64,000 nucleotides of DNA from an uncultured bacterium (lineage in GTDB: Bacteria > Patescibacteriota > Gracilibacteria > BD1-5 > UBA2023): NCBI GenBank assembly GCA_903908595.1, contig CAIVSN010000144.1, forward strand, positions 1,167 through 65,166, read 5' to 3'. The notes beneath the pieces were generated by a model. It was not told the DNA's origin. It worked only from the letters and a program-made list of their open reading frames with translations, and made no database searches. The position numbers and the translations under genes were made by a program. Of the stretch, positions 40,924 through 50,646 are shown one piece after another (the first letter of the stretch is position 1; each line of letters opens with the position of its first letter).

Positions 40924-42522
40924 ATGAAAGTCATTTTCGTCACCGGAGGCGTTTTGTCCGGAATAGGAAAAGGCATTACCGCTGCCAGCATCGGGGCCAT
41001 TCTTAAGGGAATGGACCATCGCGTGTTCTGCCAGAAATTCGACGGGTACCTCAACGTGGATCCCGGCACGATGAGCCCGTTCCAGCACGGGGAAGTCTTC
41101 GTCACGGAAGACGGGACGGAAACGGATTTGGACCTGGGCCACTACGAGCGTTTCCTCGACGTCGAGCTCAACAAGTATTCCTCGTTCACGACCGGAAAAA
41201 TCTACGAGGAAATCATTTCCCGGGAACGAAAAGGAGAATATCTGGGCGGAACCGTGCAGATCGTTCCTCACCTGACGGACCTCATCAAGGAAAAAATCAC
41301 GCTCGGGCACCAGACCTCGGGGGCGGATATCACCATCGTGGAAATCGGAGGAACCGTCGGCGACATGGAAAACGAATACCTGCTCGAAAGCGCCCGCCAA
41401 CTCCACACGGAGCTCGGGCGGGAAAACGCGATTTTCGTGCACGTAGCGCTCCTGCCCTACCTCGGCGCGAGCAAGGAACTCAAGACCAAGCCGGTGCAGC
41501 ATTCCGTGAGGGAACTCATGAGCTACGGCATTACGCCGGATTACCTCGTGCTCCGCGCGGACATGCAAATCCCGGACGACGTCCTCGAAAAGGTCGCCCG
41601 CGCCACCGGTATCCAGCATTCCCATGTCATTCCGGCAGCGACGGCGGACAGCATTTATCACGTTCCTTTGGATTTCGAAGAAAACCGCCTTTCGGAGAAA
41701 CTTTCGGCAAGCCTCGGACTGCCAAGCCGGAAATGCGATCTCGCGAAGTGGGAGCATCTCGTGGATAACATTTCCGCGTCCGAAGAAATCCTGAACCTGG
41801 GAATGATCGGCAAGTACAACGATCTCGAAGACGCGTACTACTCCCTCAACGAAGGGCTCCGGACGGCCGGGTATTTTTACCGGAAAAACGTGCGGATACA
41901 ATTCATCGATGCGACGCTCGTCGAGAAAAAGGGTATATCCGTCCTGGAAGGACTGGATGGCATCTGCATTCCGTGAGGATTCGGGGAACGCGGCATCGAA
42001 GGCATGGTGCTCGCGACCGAATACGCTCGGACGAACAAAATCCCGTTCCTGGGGATTTGCCTCGGCTCGCAGATCATGGCCATCGAATTCGCGAGGAACG
42101 TCCTCGGTATCGCGGACGCGAACAGCGAAGAATTCTCGCCAGAAGGCAAGTCGAACGTCGTCCGCATCATGGAAACCCAGAAATCGGTACGATCGAAAGG
42201 CGGTACCATGCGGCTGGGAACCTATCCGTGCGAGATTAGGAAAAGGACGCTCGCCCACGAAATCTATGGAGTGGAAACCGTTTCCGAACGGCACCGCCAC
42301 CGTTTCGAGTTCGACCCGGAATACCGGGAACGGATGGAACAGGCGGGATTCGTGGTTTCAGCGGTATCCCCCGACGGGTTGCTCGCGGAAATCGTCGAGC
42401 TCCGGGACCACCCGTACATGATCGCCACGCAAGCGCATCCGGAATTCAAGTCGAGGCCGACCCGGCCGCACCCGCTGTTTTTGGGGTTGGTACGGGAGAT
42501 GGGAAAAAATGCCAAGGGCTAG
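40924..42522 (+). CDS. pyrG: CTP synthase
   Basis: MKVIFVTGGVLSGIGKGITAASIG...; ORFs 40924-41976 and 42004-42522 joined at GICIP[TGA]GFGERGIEG = PGGFGxRG of the glutaminase domain (TGA 41974-41976); GICLGSQ active-site Cys. Confidence 0.95.
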
Positions 42523-42543
42523 GCTTACCCCGAACCTTGGCTA

Positions 42544-42589
42544 AGTCTCTCAGCAAAAATAAGTTGCAACGTATTTTTGCTGAGAGACT
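42544..42589. terminator. Long inverted repeat between the convergent pyrG and TPR genes
   Basis: AGTCTCTCAGCAAAAATA-(10 nt)-TATTTTTGCTGAGAGACT. The right arm overlaps the TPR gene stop codon. Confidence 0.6.
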
Positions 42590-43514
42590 AACTATCCGTT
42601 TCCGACTTCTTGAAATACAGGAATTCCCCTCGCATTTTTTCCAAGTCGAAAACGAAATAATACTCGTACGTGGAATACTGGGTACTGTTGTAAATATCGG
42701 TTTCGGTGTGCTTTTTCCATTTGGCTTCGAAAATCGAATCCGTCCTTTTCCCGAACCATGCGCCATTGTCCAAATCGAAAGGAAGGAACCGATCCTCCTC
42801 GTCATATGACAGCAGCGAATGCGGGAAAATTTCTTCCGATCCGCCAGAATCCCGGACGCTCGGAGTCGCGTTGACGCGGAAATCGGCTTCCTGAACGTAA
42901 TTTTTTTGTCTCATGACGATCGTTTGCCCACGGTAATGAAAGCGGCACAAATCGACATGGCGCACGCGGTAGTATTCGGATTTGTCGGGGTTCCGGTGAT
43001 CCGCGTCGTATCTCGGGCTCTCGTACCGCTGCCAATCGATCATGATCGGATCCTCCAATGAGGAGGAGGTCGCGAACACCTTGCTCCCGGCATATTCCGA
43101 TTTTTTTCAGAAAAATTTCACGGCGTCGGCATCCAGGCCGTCAATGTGGTTCAATCGCCAAAAATTCCATTTCCGTCAAACGTCTTTTCCGACGAAACAC
43201 GGGGATCCGGTTTTCATTTCTCCCGTTTCGGAATCGTACATTTCCCGAATCTTGTCGTATCGCTTCAATCGCAGCCAGCATTCGGTCATGTCCGTGCTCA
43301 TGTCCTCCAACGCGGAAATCTTATCGAATTCGGCCATGGCTTCCTCGTACTTTCACAATCGGGACAATATCCTTCACCGGAAATGGATTGCCCTCAGGTT
43401 GTCGGGATACGAAGCCAGGATCTTGTTGAAAATTTCCATGGCTTTCCCGTATTGCGACGAGTAGTACGATTGTTCTCATTGGGCTTGGTACGATTGCGAT
43501 AGTTTTTCGTCCAT
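42588..43514 (-). CDS. TPR-repeat N-terminal domain protein with an uncharacterised C-terminal domain (308 aa)
   Basis: ORF 42588-43079 extends upstream through 5 TGAs to ATG 43512-43514, with TAA just upstream. The N-terminus reads YYSSQYGKAMEIFNKILASYPDNLRAIHFR[G]RILSRL[G]KYEEAMAEFDK. Confidence 0.7.
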
Positions 43515-43543
43515 GGTGCGTTTGATAAAATAAACGGGTTATG

Positions 43544-44194
43544 CTAAGTGCCTACCGCGTAACCACTGTATAATAACACAATTCTGCGAACGCTTCAAGT
43601 TTCGGGGGCTGGGGTTCCCGGGATTCAGATATTTCATGACATTGATCCATGGAAAAAGCCCGCTCGTGCGGGCTTTTCGTATATGTACCAACTCTCCGAC
43701 ATGCCCAATTCTCAGAATCGGGCAATCGAGTTATGGTCATCTTCCTTGATCGCCCCGTAGTGCCGCATTATCAGTATCAACAGCGTGGCCAGAATCGTCT
43801 GGCTGAACTGGAATACGATATACGAAATCATCAGGCCGGGTTCGAAGCCGTGAACCCTGACGATCGTCGCCAAAAAGACGACGACCGTCAGGCTGGAAAT
43901 TTCCGCGAGCAGCGACACTATGACATTCGTGGTTTCCTCGGGAATCGCCGATTGCATTCGTAATGCGACATACAGCAACACCGAGAACGATAGGCATATC
44001 GTAACGCCGGTAATCGGATAAAAGAACGAGAAAAGGGTCAGTCCGAGAACGAAAACCATGTAAACGAACAGGTTACCGAACAGATTTTCTGCCAAGCGTA
44101 TCAGATAAAACATGAAACCTCCTAATTTTTCGTGAAGAAATGCCAAAAGGAATTCGGGCAAAATGGAGCATAGCGTCATGGGGAGGATTGTCAA
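43544..44194 (-). CDS. Polytopic membrane protein; the 3' end is ambiguous
   Basis: ORF 43712-44194 has 4-5 TM helices and ends in TGA. Strict code 25 extends it 56 codons through three more TGAs to TAG 43544-43546, passing through a terminator-like hairpin. The start could also be ATG 44177-44179. Confidence 0.5.
43653..43677. terminator. Canonical-looking intrinsic terminator hairpin (A5-GCCCGC-TCGT-GCGGGC-T4)
   Basis: Read directly. Lies 35 nt downstream (minus sense) of TGA 43712-43714, inside the code-25 extension of the membrane-protein ORF. Confidence 0.6.
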
Positions 44195-44259
44195 TGATCT
44201 CGTGCGGAAGGTCGTGGAAAATCAGCAAGCGCTCGTCTCGATCCGAAACGATGGGAAAG

Positions 44260-44643
44260 TTACGAAAAGCTCTTGGGCTTTTCTCCGCCATCGGCCAACA
44301 TGACCCGGTACACGCGATTGTTTTTCGAGTAATATTCGTGCTTTATAACGAGTTCGATGCCGTTTTCATGAAACGCGAAATCGACGGGAAAATGCTCCTG
44401 CACGTCGGTTTCCAGCATGGTATTGAATGCGAAAGTCGCATAGCGGGTCTTCCATAGGACGGCCCCCTTCGCGTCCGTGGCCGTGACAAAACAATCCTGA
44501 GCGCAGATATTCCCCACTTCGTTTTCTCGGTTTACGCTAGACAAAGCGTAGAGTATATCGTCTCGCGAAATAGGCTGGACGCGCCATCCGGGTACGGGGA
44601 CCCCGTCGATGACTTGTTCGATTCTTGGGGGTTGGCGCGACAT
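44260..44643 (-). CDS. Hypothetical protein (127 aa)
   Basis: Complete ATG..TAA ORF with TAA in frame upstream. Family not recognised. Confidence 0.55.
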   Translation of the reverse strand: MSRQPPRIEQVIDGVPVPGWRVQPISRDDILYALSSVNRENEVGNICAQDCFVTATDAKGAVLWKTRYATFAFNTMLETDVQEHFPVDFAFHENGIELVIKHEYYSKNNRVYRVMLADGGEKPKSFS

Positions 44644-44766
44644 ATGGAAAAAATAGGAATTGCTTCGATAGCTTTACCCCGCCATAGTACCTCAATGTAA
44701 CGGGCATGCAAGGGAAATGGCAGTTGGCAACGCTCATGGGAACACGGAAAACTTCGCGGAAAACGC

Positions 44767-45366
44767 CTACTTCAAAGCCTCTTCGCACATCCAGATATCT
44801 TCTTTCCGTTCCCTCGCTTTCGAATGGTCGTTCCACTCCGCATACGGTTTCACCGAGACCGTTCTCAAATGGTGAAATCTCACTTTTCCGTTTTTGGAAA
44901 AAACTTCGTTCCAATTCAGGCGTTTCCGCTTGCCATCGAGCGGATCGCTCACCCAAAGTCAGTCGTCATCGTATCCAAATGCCACGGAAACGTGGCGGAT
45001 TATTCATTTCGATCTCGCCAAAGGTATTTCCGTACTCACGAGCACCGGTTCGCCACGGTCGATCATTTCTTTGAACTCCGACTTCGTAGAATATTCGGCA
45101 ATCACGACGTGCGTGAGGTCCGAGAATTTTTTCTTGGATTCCCAGGTCGCCAGGGTCTTGCCGTCGAATCCGATCGAACCGAGAACCTGCTTGAGCCGGA
45201 GTTTCGTGCCGTATTTGGCCTCAAGGGCGATGTTCACTGAAGTAAAATAGCAAGAATTCCTCGATTGGTAAGCCACGGGAAACGGGTTGGTCGGTAAAAA
45301 TACCGGAGCCGCGAAAACCGTGCCGAACCAGAGGAAAAATACGGGAAGCGCGGCAATCCGGCGCAT
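44767..45366 (-). CDS. Secreted papain-fold cysteine peptidase, C39-like
   Basis: Signal MRRIAALPVFFLWFGTVFA. Putative nucleophile QSRNSCYFTSVNIALEAKYG. His/Asp region RHVSVAFGYDDD[G]LWVSDP. TGAs 45004 and 44959. Stop TAG. Confidence 0.6.
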
Positions 45367-45367
45367 A

Positions 45368-45775
45368 CTATTCGATAACGTCGCTGAAATCGTCCTTCTT
45401 CCCGTCTTTTCGGTATTCATGGATCCCGTTCCGCGTCGCGAGCAAAGCCAAACACGCGGCCATCTGCCGTTTCGGGGAAATGTCCCCTCCGATCATTTCC
45501 CGGACGTTTTCGTACGTGTACCCGAGGATTTCTTCGAGCGTAGTCCCGACAATCGCTTCCCCAAAAATCGCTGCGGCGGCGGTGGTGACGATAGCCGTAT
45601 CCCCTTCGAACGAATACCCGGTCACCCGTTCGTCGGACACCGCGACGTGTACGGTCATGCTATCCCCACAGCTCCGGTTGCTCTCGTGATACGAAAAAGT
45701 CGGGTTCGGCAAAGCCCCCTTGTTTGGGGGATTCTTGGCATATTCGAGGATAAGGGCGGAAGCGTCGGAGTTCAT
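45368..45775 (-). CDS. sufU: SUF-system Fe-S cluster scaffold, SufU/IscU-like
   Basis: NPTFSYHESNRSCGDSMTVHV...AACLALLAT. 135 aa, from ATG 45773-45775. Confidence 0.85.
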   Translation of the reverse strand: MNSDASALILEYAKNPPNKGALPNPTFSYHESNRSCGDSMTVHVAVSDERVTGYSFEGDTAIVTTAAAAIFGEAIVGTTLEEILGYTYENVREMIGGDISPKRQMAACLALLATRNGIHEYRKDGKKDDFSDVIE

Positions 45776-45822
45776 GGAAATGAGAAAATGATTTAGTGGA
45801 CATCCGCAGGTCTGTATCACCC

Positions 45823-45949
45823 CCGGAAACCCCGAGAAAATGATGAAATCCGAAGTCGGTTTCGAGCACCGGAGCGAGGCGTGCTGGCAAGCACGTTGAG
45901 CGAGGAGCGGAAAAACCGACGAGGGGTTCGCATTTTCTCGGGGTTTCCG
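45823..45949 (-). repeat. Copy 4 of the structured post-CDS element (between sufS and sufU)
   Basis: Arms CCGGAAACCCCGAGAAAATG (45823-45842) / CATTTTCTCGGGGTTTCCG (45931-45949), 19 bp perfect. Middle stem GTCGGTTT/AAACCGAC. Apical CGTGCT-GGCA-AGCACG. Confidence 0.9.
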
Positions 45950-45953
45950 CATT

Positions 45954-47204
45954 TTATCGGGGTTTCCGGACGATATCGTCCAGTACCTCGAAAAACTTCT
46001 CCAGATCGTCCTGGGTCGTGTACATCGAAATGCTCATTCGCACCGTTCCGGAAATCTCCTGCCGGATATGGAACGGCTCGGCGCAGTGGTGCCCGGCCCG
46101 GACGCAGACGTCCTCGGCCGCGAAGGCGTCGGCCACGTCGGTAACGTGTTTCCCTTCGACCGTGAACGAGAATACCCCGGCCCGGATGGCACCGGATGGC
46201 AAAACGGCGACCGTGGGGCCGACGAGCGTTACCGTTTCGGACCGCTCCGCGAATTCTTCGAGCGCGTATTCGACGAGTTCCCGCTCGGTCTCGGCGACTT
46301 CCGGGTATCCGCCGACCGATTCGAAGTATTCGACGGCCGTGAGCAGGGAAACGGCTCCCGTGAGGTTCGGGGTTCCCGGCTCGAATCGGTACGGGAGGCC
46401 GGAAACCTCGTATCCGTCCGTATGGACAAAATTGATCGCTCCGCCGCCGCCGATGCAGGGTTCCATGGATTTGAGAAGCTCTTTCTTCCCCCACAGGATG
46501 CCGATGCCCGGATCCGCCCACATCTTATGGCCGGTAAATACCGCGAAATCAAGCCCGTTCGCGACTACGTCGACCGGGCCGTGCGGCACGAGCTGGCTCG
46601 CGTCCATGATGCGGTAGGGCGGCTTTCCCCATTCGGCTTGCCAATATTTCCCGATAGCGTCGTTGACCTCCGGAAAATTCACCCCTACGCCCGTCACGTT
46701 GGAGCATCACGTGAACGATACCACCTTGGTGTTCGGGGTGAGTTTCGCGACGAAGTCCGCCATATCGAGCTCGTAATCCGCATTCAGCCCGACGAATTCC
46801 ACCTCGATGCCGAGGGATTCCCGGAGCATCATCCAGGGGACGACGTTCGCGTGGTGCTCGACGATCGAGAGCAGCACCCGGTCGCCGGTTTTGAGCCAGC
46901 CGCTCCGCGCCATGGAACCCGCGAGCAGATTGAACGCGCCGGTAGCGTTGTTGGAATACGCGATTTCGTAGTGGCTTTCCGCGCCGATCAGGCGGGCGAC
47001 CGCGATTTTGGACTCCTTGTAGAGGGATTCCGAGAGCTCCGAGAGCTCGTACGAACCCCGATGGATATTGGCATACCCCCGTTCGAGGTATTCCGCGACC
47101 GCGTCGATGACGGCGGCGGGCTTCTGCGCGGTACTCGCGCTATCGAGATACACGAGGTCCGGATGGGATTCGAAAATCGGGAAGTCGGAGCGGATATCGG
47201 TCAT
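45954..47204 (-). CDS. sufS: Cysteine desulfurase SufS (class V aminotransferase)
   Basis: ORFs 46707-47204 and 45954-46697 joined through TGA 46707-46709 (VVSFT[G]CSNVTGV). YLDSASTAQKP; C-terminal active-site RAGHHCAEP. Confidence 0.9.
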
Positions 47205-47216
47205 TTTTGATAAAAA

Positions 47217-48176
47217 TTAAAATCCTAAATTTTTGAAAATTTGTTTCTGGAGATATTCGAGCGCCGGTTCCGCCAGTCCGGCATACGTCTGGGAAATCCG
47301 GGCGGAAAGATACGTTTTCTGCGCCAGTGTACGGGAGATTCCGCGGGATGCAAGGTAAGAAAGCATTTCCCCGGAAACCCGTTCCACCGTGGCCGAATGG
47401 CTCGCGAGCCCGTCTTCCGAAGCGACCCGGAGTTCGGGAATTCCCCGGACTCCTCCGGTTTCCCCGAGCAGGAGCGCGGATTCGTGGATTTTGACGTCGT
47501 AATCGGCGGTACCGGATCGGACGTCGGCGGAAATTTTCGCGTTCGCCCGGGCCCCGTCAGGCACGAGGACCAGGGCTTCGTGGACATATCAGTTCGATAC
47601 GCCGGAAACCGTCCCGAGGCTCGTGAAACGGCGCTCCGCCGAAACGTCCCCGACGATGACCGACCGGAGTTCGGCCTGGGCCTTCGCGGTTGCAAGGATT
47701 ATCTGGATTTCGCTCGCATCCGAGAGCTCGAGGGAAAATATTTTCGCGTCGCCCGTCACGGAGATTTCCGTGATTCCTTCGCCGTAAACGAAATAATTGC
47801 CAGAGCCGAGCACGTGCGAAGTTCCCGCCTCCAAAATCGAAATGCCCGCGAATTCCTTCGGCGCCTTCGCCGGGTCCCCGGCAAACCGGAAACTCGAACC
47901 GCACCCGCACCGCCCGGTGACTTTTTCCGAAGTGAAAATCCATTTTTCTCCGGATCGGGTGATTCGGGAACCGTCGAGTTTTTCGGATTCGGAAGCGGGG
48001 CAGGACACCGTGAACCCGTCGTCCATCGTGAATGTTTCGAGGATTTCCCCGGTCGGGATTTCCGTCAGGACTTCTACTTTGGTGCCTTCGCATCCTTTTT
48101 TGATGAGATGCACGAACACCTCGCGAACGCCCTGTTCACGGAATTTCTGAAGCGATATTTTGTCGAGAGTAATCAT
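47217..48176 (-). CDS. sufD: Fusion of a HesB/IscA (SufA-like) domain with a short SufD-like C-terminal domain
   Basis: N-terminus KKGCEGTKVEV...GRCGCGSSFRF (IscA CGCGxSF motif). ORFs 47589-48176 and 47217-47564 joined through TGA 47589-47591. C-terminus LLLGETGGVRGIPELRVASEDGLASHSATVERVSGEMLSYLASRGI is SufBD-fold-like. Confidence 0.75.
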
Positions 48177-48242
48177 AAAGTTACGGTAATATATAGACTC
48201 TTGCGGAATTCCCGAAAGTATCCGCAGTACCCATGTCCCTCA

Positions 48243-48369
48243 CTTGGAATCGCGAGAAAATGATGAAATCCGAAGTCGGTTTTGAACACTGCAGCGAGGC
48301 GTGCTGGCAAGCACGTTGAGCGAAGAGCGGAAAAATCGACAAGGAGTTCGCATTTTATCGCGATTCCAA
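48243..48369 (-). repeat. Copy 5 of the structured post-CDS element (between sufB and the sufA/D fusion)
   Basis: Arms CTTGGAATCGCGAGAAAATG (48243-48262) / CATTTTATCGCGATTCCAA (48351-48369). Middle stem GTCGGTTTT/AAAATCGAC. Apical CGTGCT-GGCA-AGCACG. Confidence 0.9.
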
Positions 48370-48371
48370 TT

Positions 48372-49787
48372 TTATCGCGATTCCAATTCCATGCCAATGA
48401 GAATGTTCATCTCCACCGCATATTCGAGCGGGAGTTCGCTGACGATCGGTGCGAGGAACCCATTGACGATCATCTGCTTGGCGGAGGTTTCGTCCATACC
48501 CCGGCTTTCGAGATAGGCGAGCGTTTCCTCGGAAATTTTCCCAACGCTGGCTTCCTGTGCGACGAGCGCGTCCGGGGTGCCGACCCGGATGTCGGGGGTC
48601 GTGTCCGACCGGGACCGTCCGTCGAGCAACAATCCGTCGCACGTCACCTGGGAGACCGCCCCTTTCGCGCACGGCTTGATATCCACGAGCCCCCGGTAAT
48701 TCGAAACCCCGCCCGCTTTCGAGAGCGACTTAGAAATGACTTCCGAGGTCGTCCGCTCTCCGATGTGGATAACCTTGGCGCCCGTGTCCGCCACCTGCCC
48801 GGCATTCGCGAACGCGACCCCGATATGGCGGGCTTTGGAATCGTCGCCCACGAGCACGGAACACGGATAGAGCATCGTTACCCCGGAGCCGAGATTTCCC
48901 CCGATCCATTCGACGAATCCGCCTTCTTGGACGATGGCCCGTTTGGTATTGAGGTTGTACGTGTCGATCGACCAATTCTCCACGGAACTGTACCGCATCT
49001 TGGCGGACGACCCGACATATATTTCGACACAGCCAGCGTGCAGGCTCGACGTCCCGTATTTTGGCGCGGAACACCCCTCGATGTAGTGGGCCTCGGACTC
49101 GTCTTCGAGCACGATGATCGTGTGCTCGAACTGCCCGCCGGACTTCGCGTTCATCCGGAAATACGCTTGGAGCGGTTCCGCGATCTTGACGCCCTTCGGG
49201 ACGTAGAGGAAGGTTCCCCCACTCCAAACCGCCCCGTGCAATGCCGCAAATTTGTGATCCGAAGCCGGCACGGCCTTCATGAAATGCTTCCGAAGGAGCT
49301 CCTCGTGACGGTGGATCGCTACCGACATGTCCTCAAAAATCACGCCCTGTTCGACCAATTCTTCTTTGAGCTTGTGGTAAACGACCTCACTGTCGTACTG
49401 GGCCCCGACCCCCGCGAGCATCTGGCGTTCCGCTTCAGGAATCCCGAGCTTTTCGAAGGTGTTCTTGATGGTTTCCGGCACGTCGTCCCACGATTTGGCA
49501 TCGGTCGCCCCGGCGGGTTTGGCAAAATAAAAGATGCCCCGTAAATCGAGCCCGCTCAAGTCCGGCCCCCATTCGGGCATGGGCTTCGACTCGAAGATTT
49601 TCAATGACCTGAGGCGCAGTTCCAGCATCCATTTCGGTTCGTTCCCGTTTTTGGAAATCTGTCGGACCACGGCTTCGTCGATGCCCGCCGCGGAAACCGC
49701 CGCATAGGCGATATCGTCCCGCCCGTCGAAAATCTCGCGGGAAAGCCCCTCGAATATATGCGCGTTCGTCGTTTGATTGGAAGGCAT
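48372..49787 (-). CDS. sufB: Fe-S cluster assembly protein SufB
   Basis: 471 aa; the SufB family is recognisable throughout (..SGGQFEHTIIVLEDESEAHYIEGCSAP..). Confidence 0.9.
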   Translation of the reverse strand: MPSNQTTNAHIFEGLSREIFDGRDDIAYAAVSAAGIDEAVVRQISKNGNEPKWMLELRLRSLKIFESKPMPEWGPDLSGLDLRGIFYFAKPAGATDAKSWDDVPETIKNTFEKLGIPEAERQMLAGVGAQYDSEVVYHKLKEELVEQGVIFEDMSVAIHRHEELLRKHFMKAVPASDHKFAALHGAVWSGGTFLYVPKGVKIAEPLQAYFRMNAKSGGQFEHTIIVLEDESEAHYIEGCSAPKYGTSSLHAGCVEIYVGSSAKMRYSSVENWSIDTYNLNTKRAIVQEGGFVEWIGGNLGSGVTMLYPCSVLVGDDSKARHIGVAFANAGQVADTGAKVIHIGERTTSEVISKSLSKAGGVSNYRGLVDIKPCAKGAVSQVTCDGLLLDGRSRSDTTPDIRVGTPDALVAQEASVGKISEETLAYLESRGMDETSAKQMIVNGFLAPIVSELPLEYAVEMNILIGMELESR

Positions 49788-49790
49788 AGG

Positions 49791-50552
49791 CTAAATGATC
49801 GGATGAACGTGCGAAGGCGCGGCGAAACCGGTTTTTTCGACTTCCCGGAGGAGTTCTGCGGATCCGGTTTCGGCAATTTTCCCGTCTTCCATGACGATGA
49901 CGCGGTCGGGCGGGAGGAATTCCGCGAGCCGGTAGTTGTGGGTGACGACGATAAGCGTCCGTTCCGGGGTCGCAAGTTCGGCAAGGGAAGCCGCGACGGA
50001 CTTGAACGCGTCGATGTCGAGTCCCGAGTCGATTTCGTCCACGAGGACGTACTTGGGGTTCAGGATTTCCATCTGGAGCATCTCGACGCGCCGTTTCTCG
50101 CCCCCGCTGAATCCCACATTGAGGTCTCGCCCGAGGAACGACTCGGGAAGCCCGAGCTTCTCCAGCTTCTGCACGATGTACCGCCGGAACAAAAACGGCG
50201 TGACGGGTTTGGTTTCCGGGTGTTCCCGCTTGAGCTTTTCGTTGGAAATCGTCCGGAGGAATTCCCCAAGCTTGATGCCCGGGATTTCCGGGATATTCTG
50301 GAGCGCGAGAAAAATCCCGAGGTGGGCGCGTTCGGTGATGTCCATATTCGAGATATCCTTGCCATCGAGTTCGATGGTCCCGGCCGTAATCCGGTATTTC
50401 GGATACCCCATGACGCTCATCGCGAGGGAGGATTTCCCGCCGCCGTTTTTCCCGACGACATAATAAGTTTTTCCCGTCTGGAACTGGATATCGATACTTC
50501 GCAACACGGATTTTTCCCCTACGGAAACTGAGAGGTTTTTGAGTTCCAACAT
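49791..50552 (-). CDS. sufC: Fe-S cluster assembly ATPase SufC
   Basis: ABC ATPase with Walker A GKNGGGKSS, signature FSGGEKRR, Walker B YVLVDEIDSGLD. Confidence 0.9.
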   Translation of the reverse strand: MLELKNLSVSVGEKSVLRSIDIQFQTGKTYYVVGKNGGGKSSLAMSVMGYPKYRITAGTIELDGKDISNMDITERAHLGIFLALQNIPEIPGIKLGEFLRTISNEKLKREHPETKPVTPFLFRRYIVQKLEKLGLPESFLGRDLNVGFSGGEKRRVEMLQMEILNPKYVLVDEIDSGLDIDAFKSVAASLAELATPERTLIVVTHNYRLAEFLPPDRVIVMEDGKIAETGSAELLREVEKTGFAAPSHVHPII

Positions 50553-50646
50553 AATATGTGACTAAATTGGTCGTATATTAGGGGAAATCGGGGAAAATTC
50601 AAGAAAAAACGTATTTGCCACCGAATGGAAACGGAATTCCAAATCT

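Noticed and set aside
45841-45949. A small peptide (MKSEV.FEHRSEA...) encoded from the conserved ATGAAATCCGAAG of the repeat element.
   Set aside because: The stop position and downstream sequence differ in every copy. Substitutions are paired across stems (compensatory) rather than synonymous. The frame runs antisense into the neighbouring genes.
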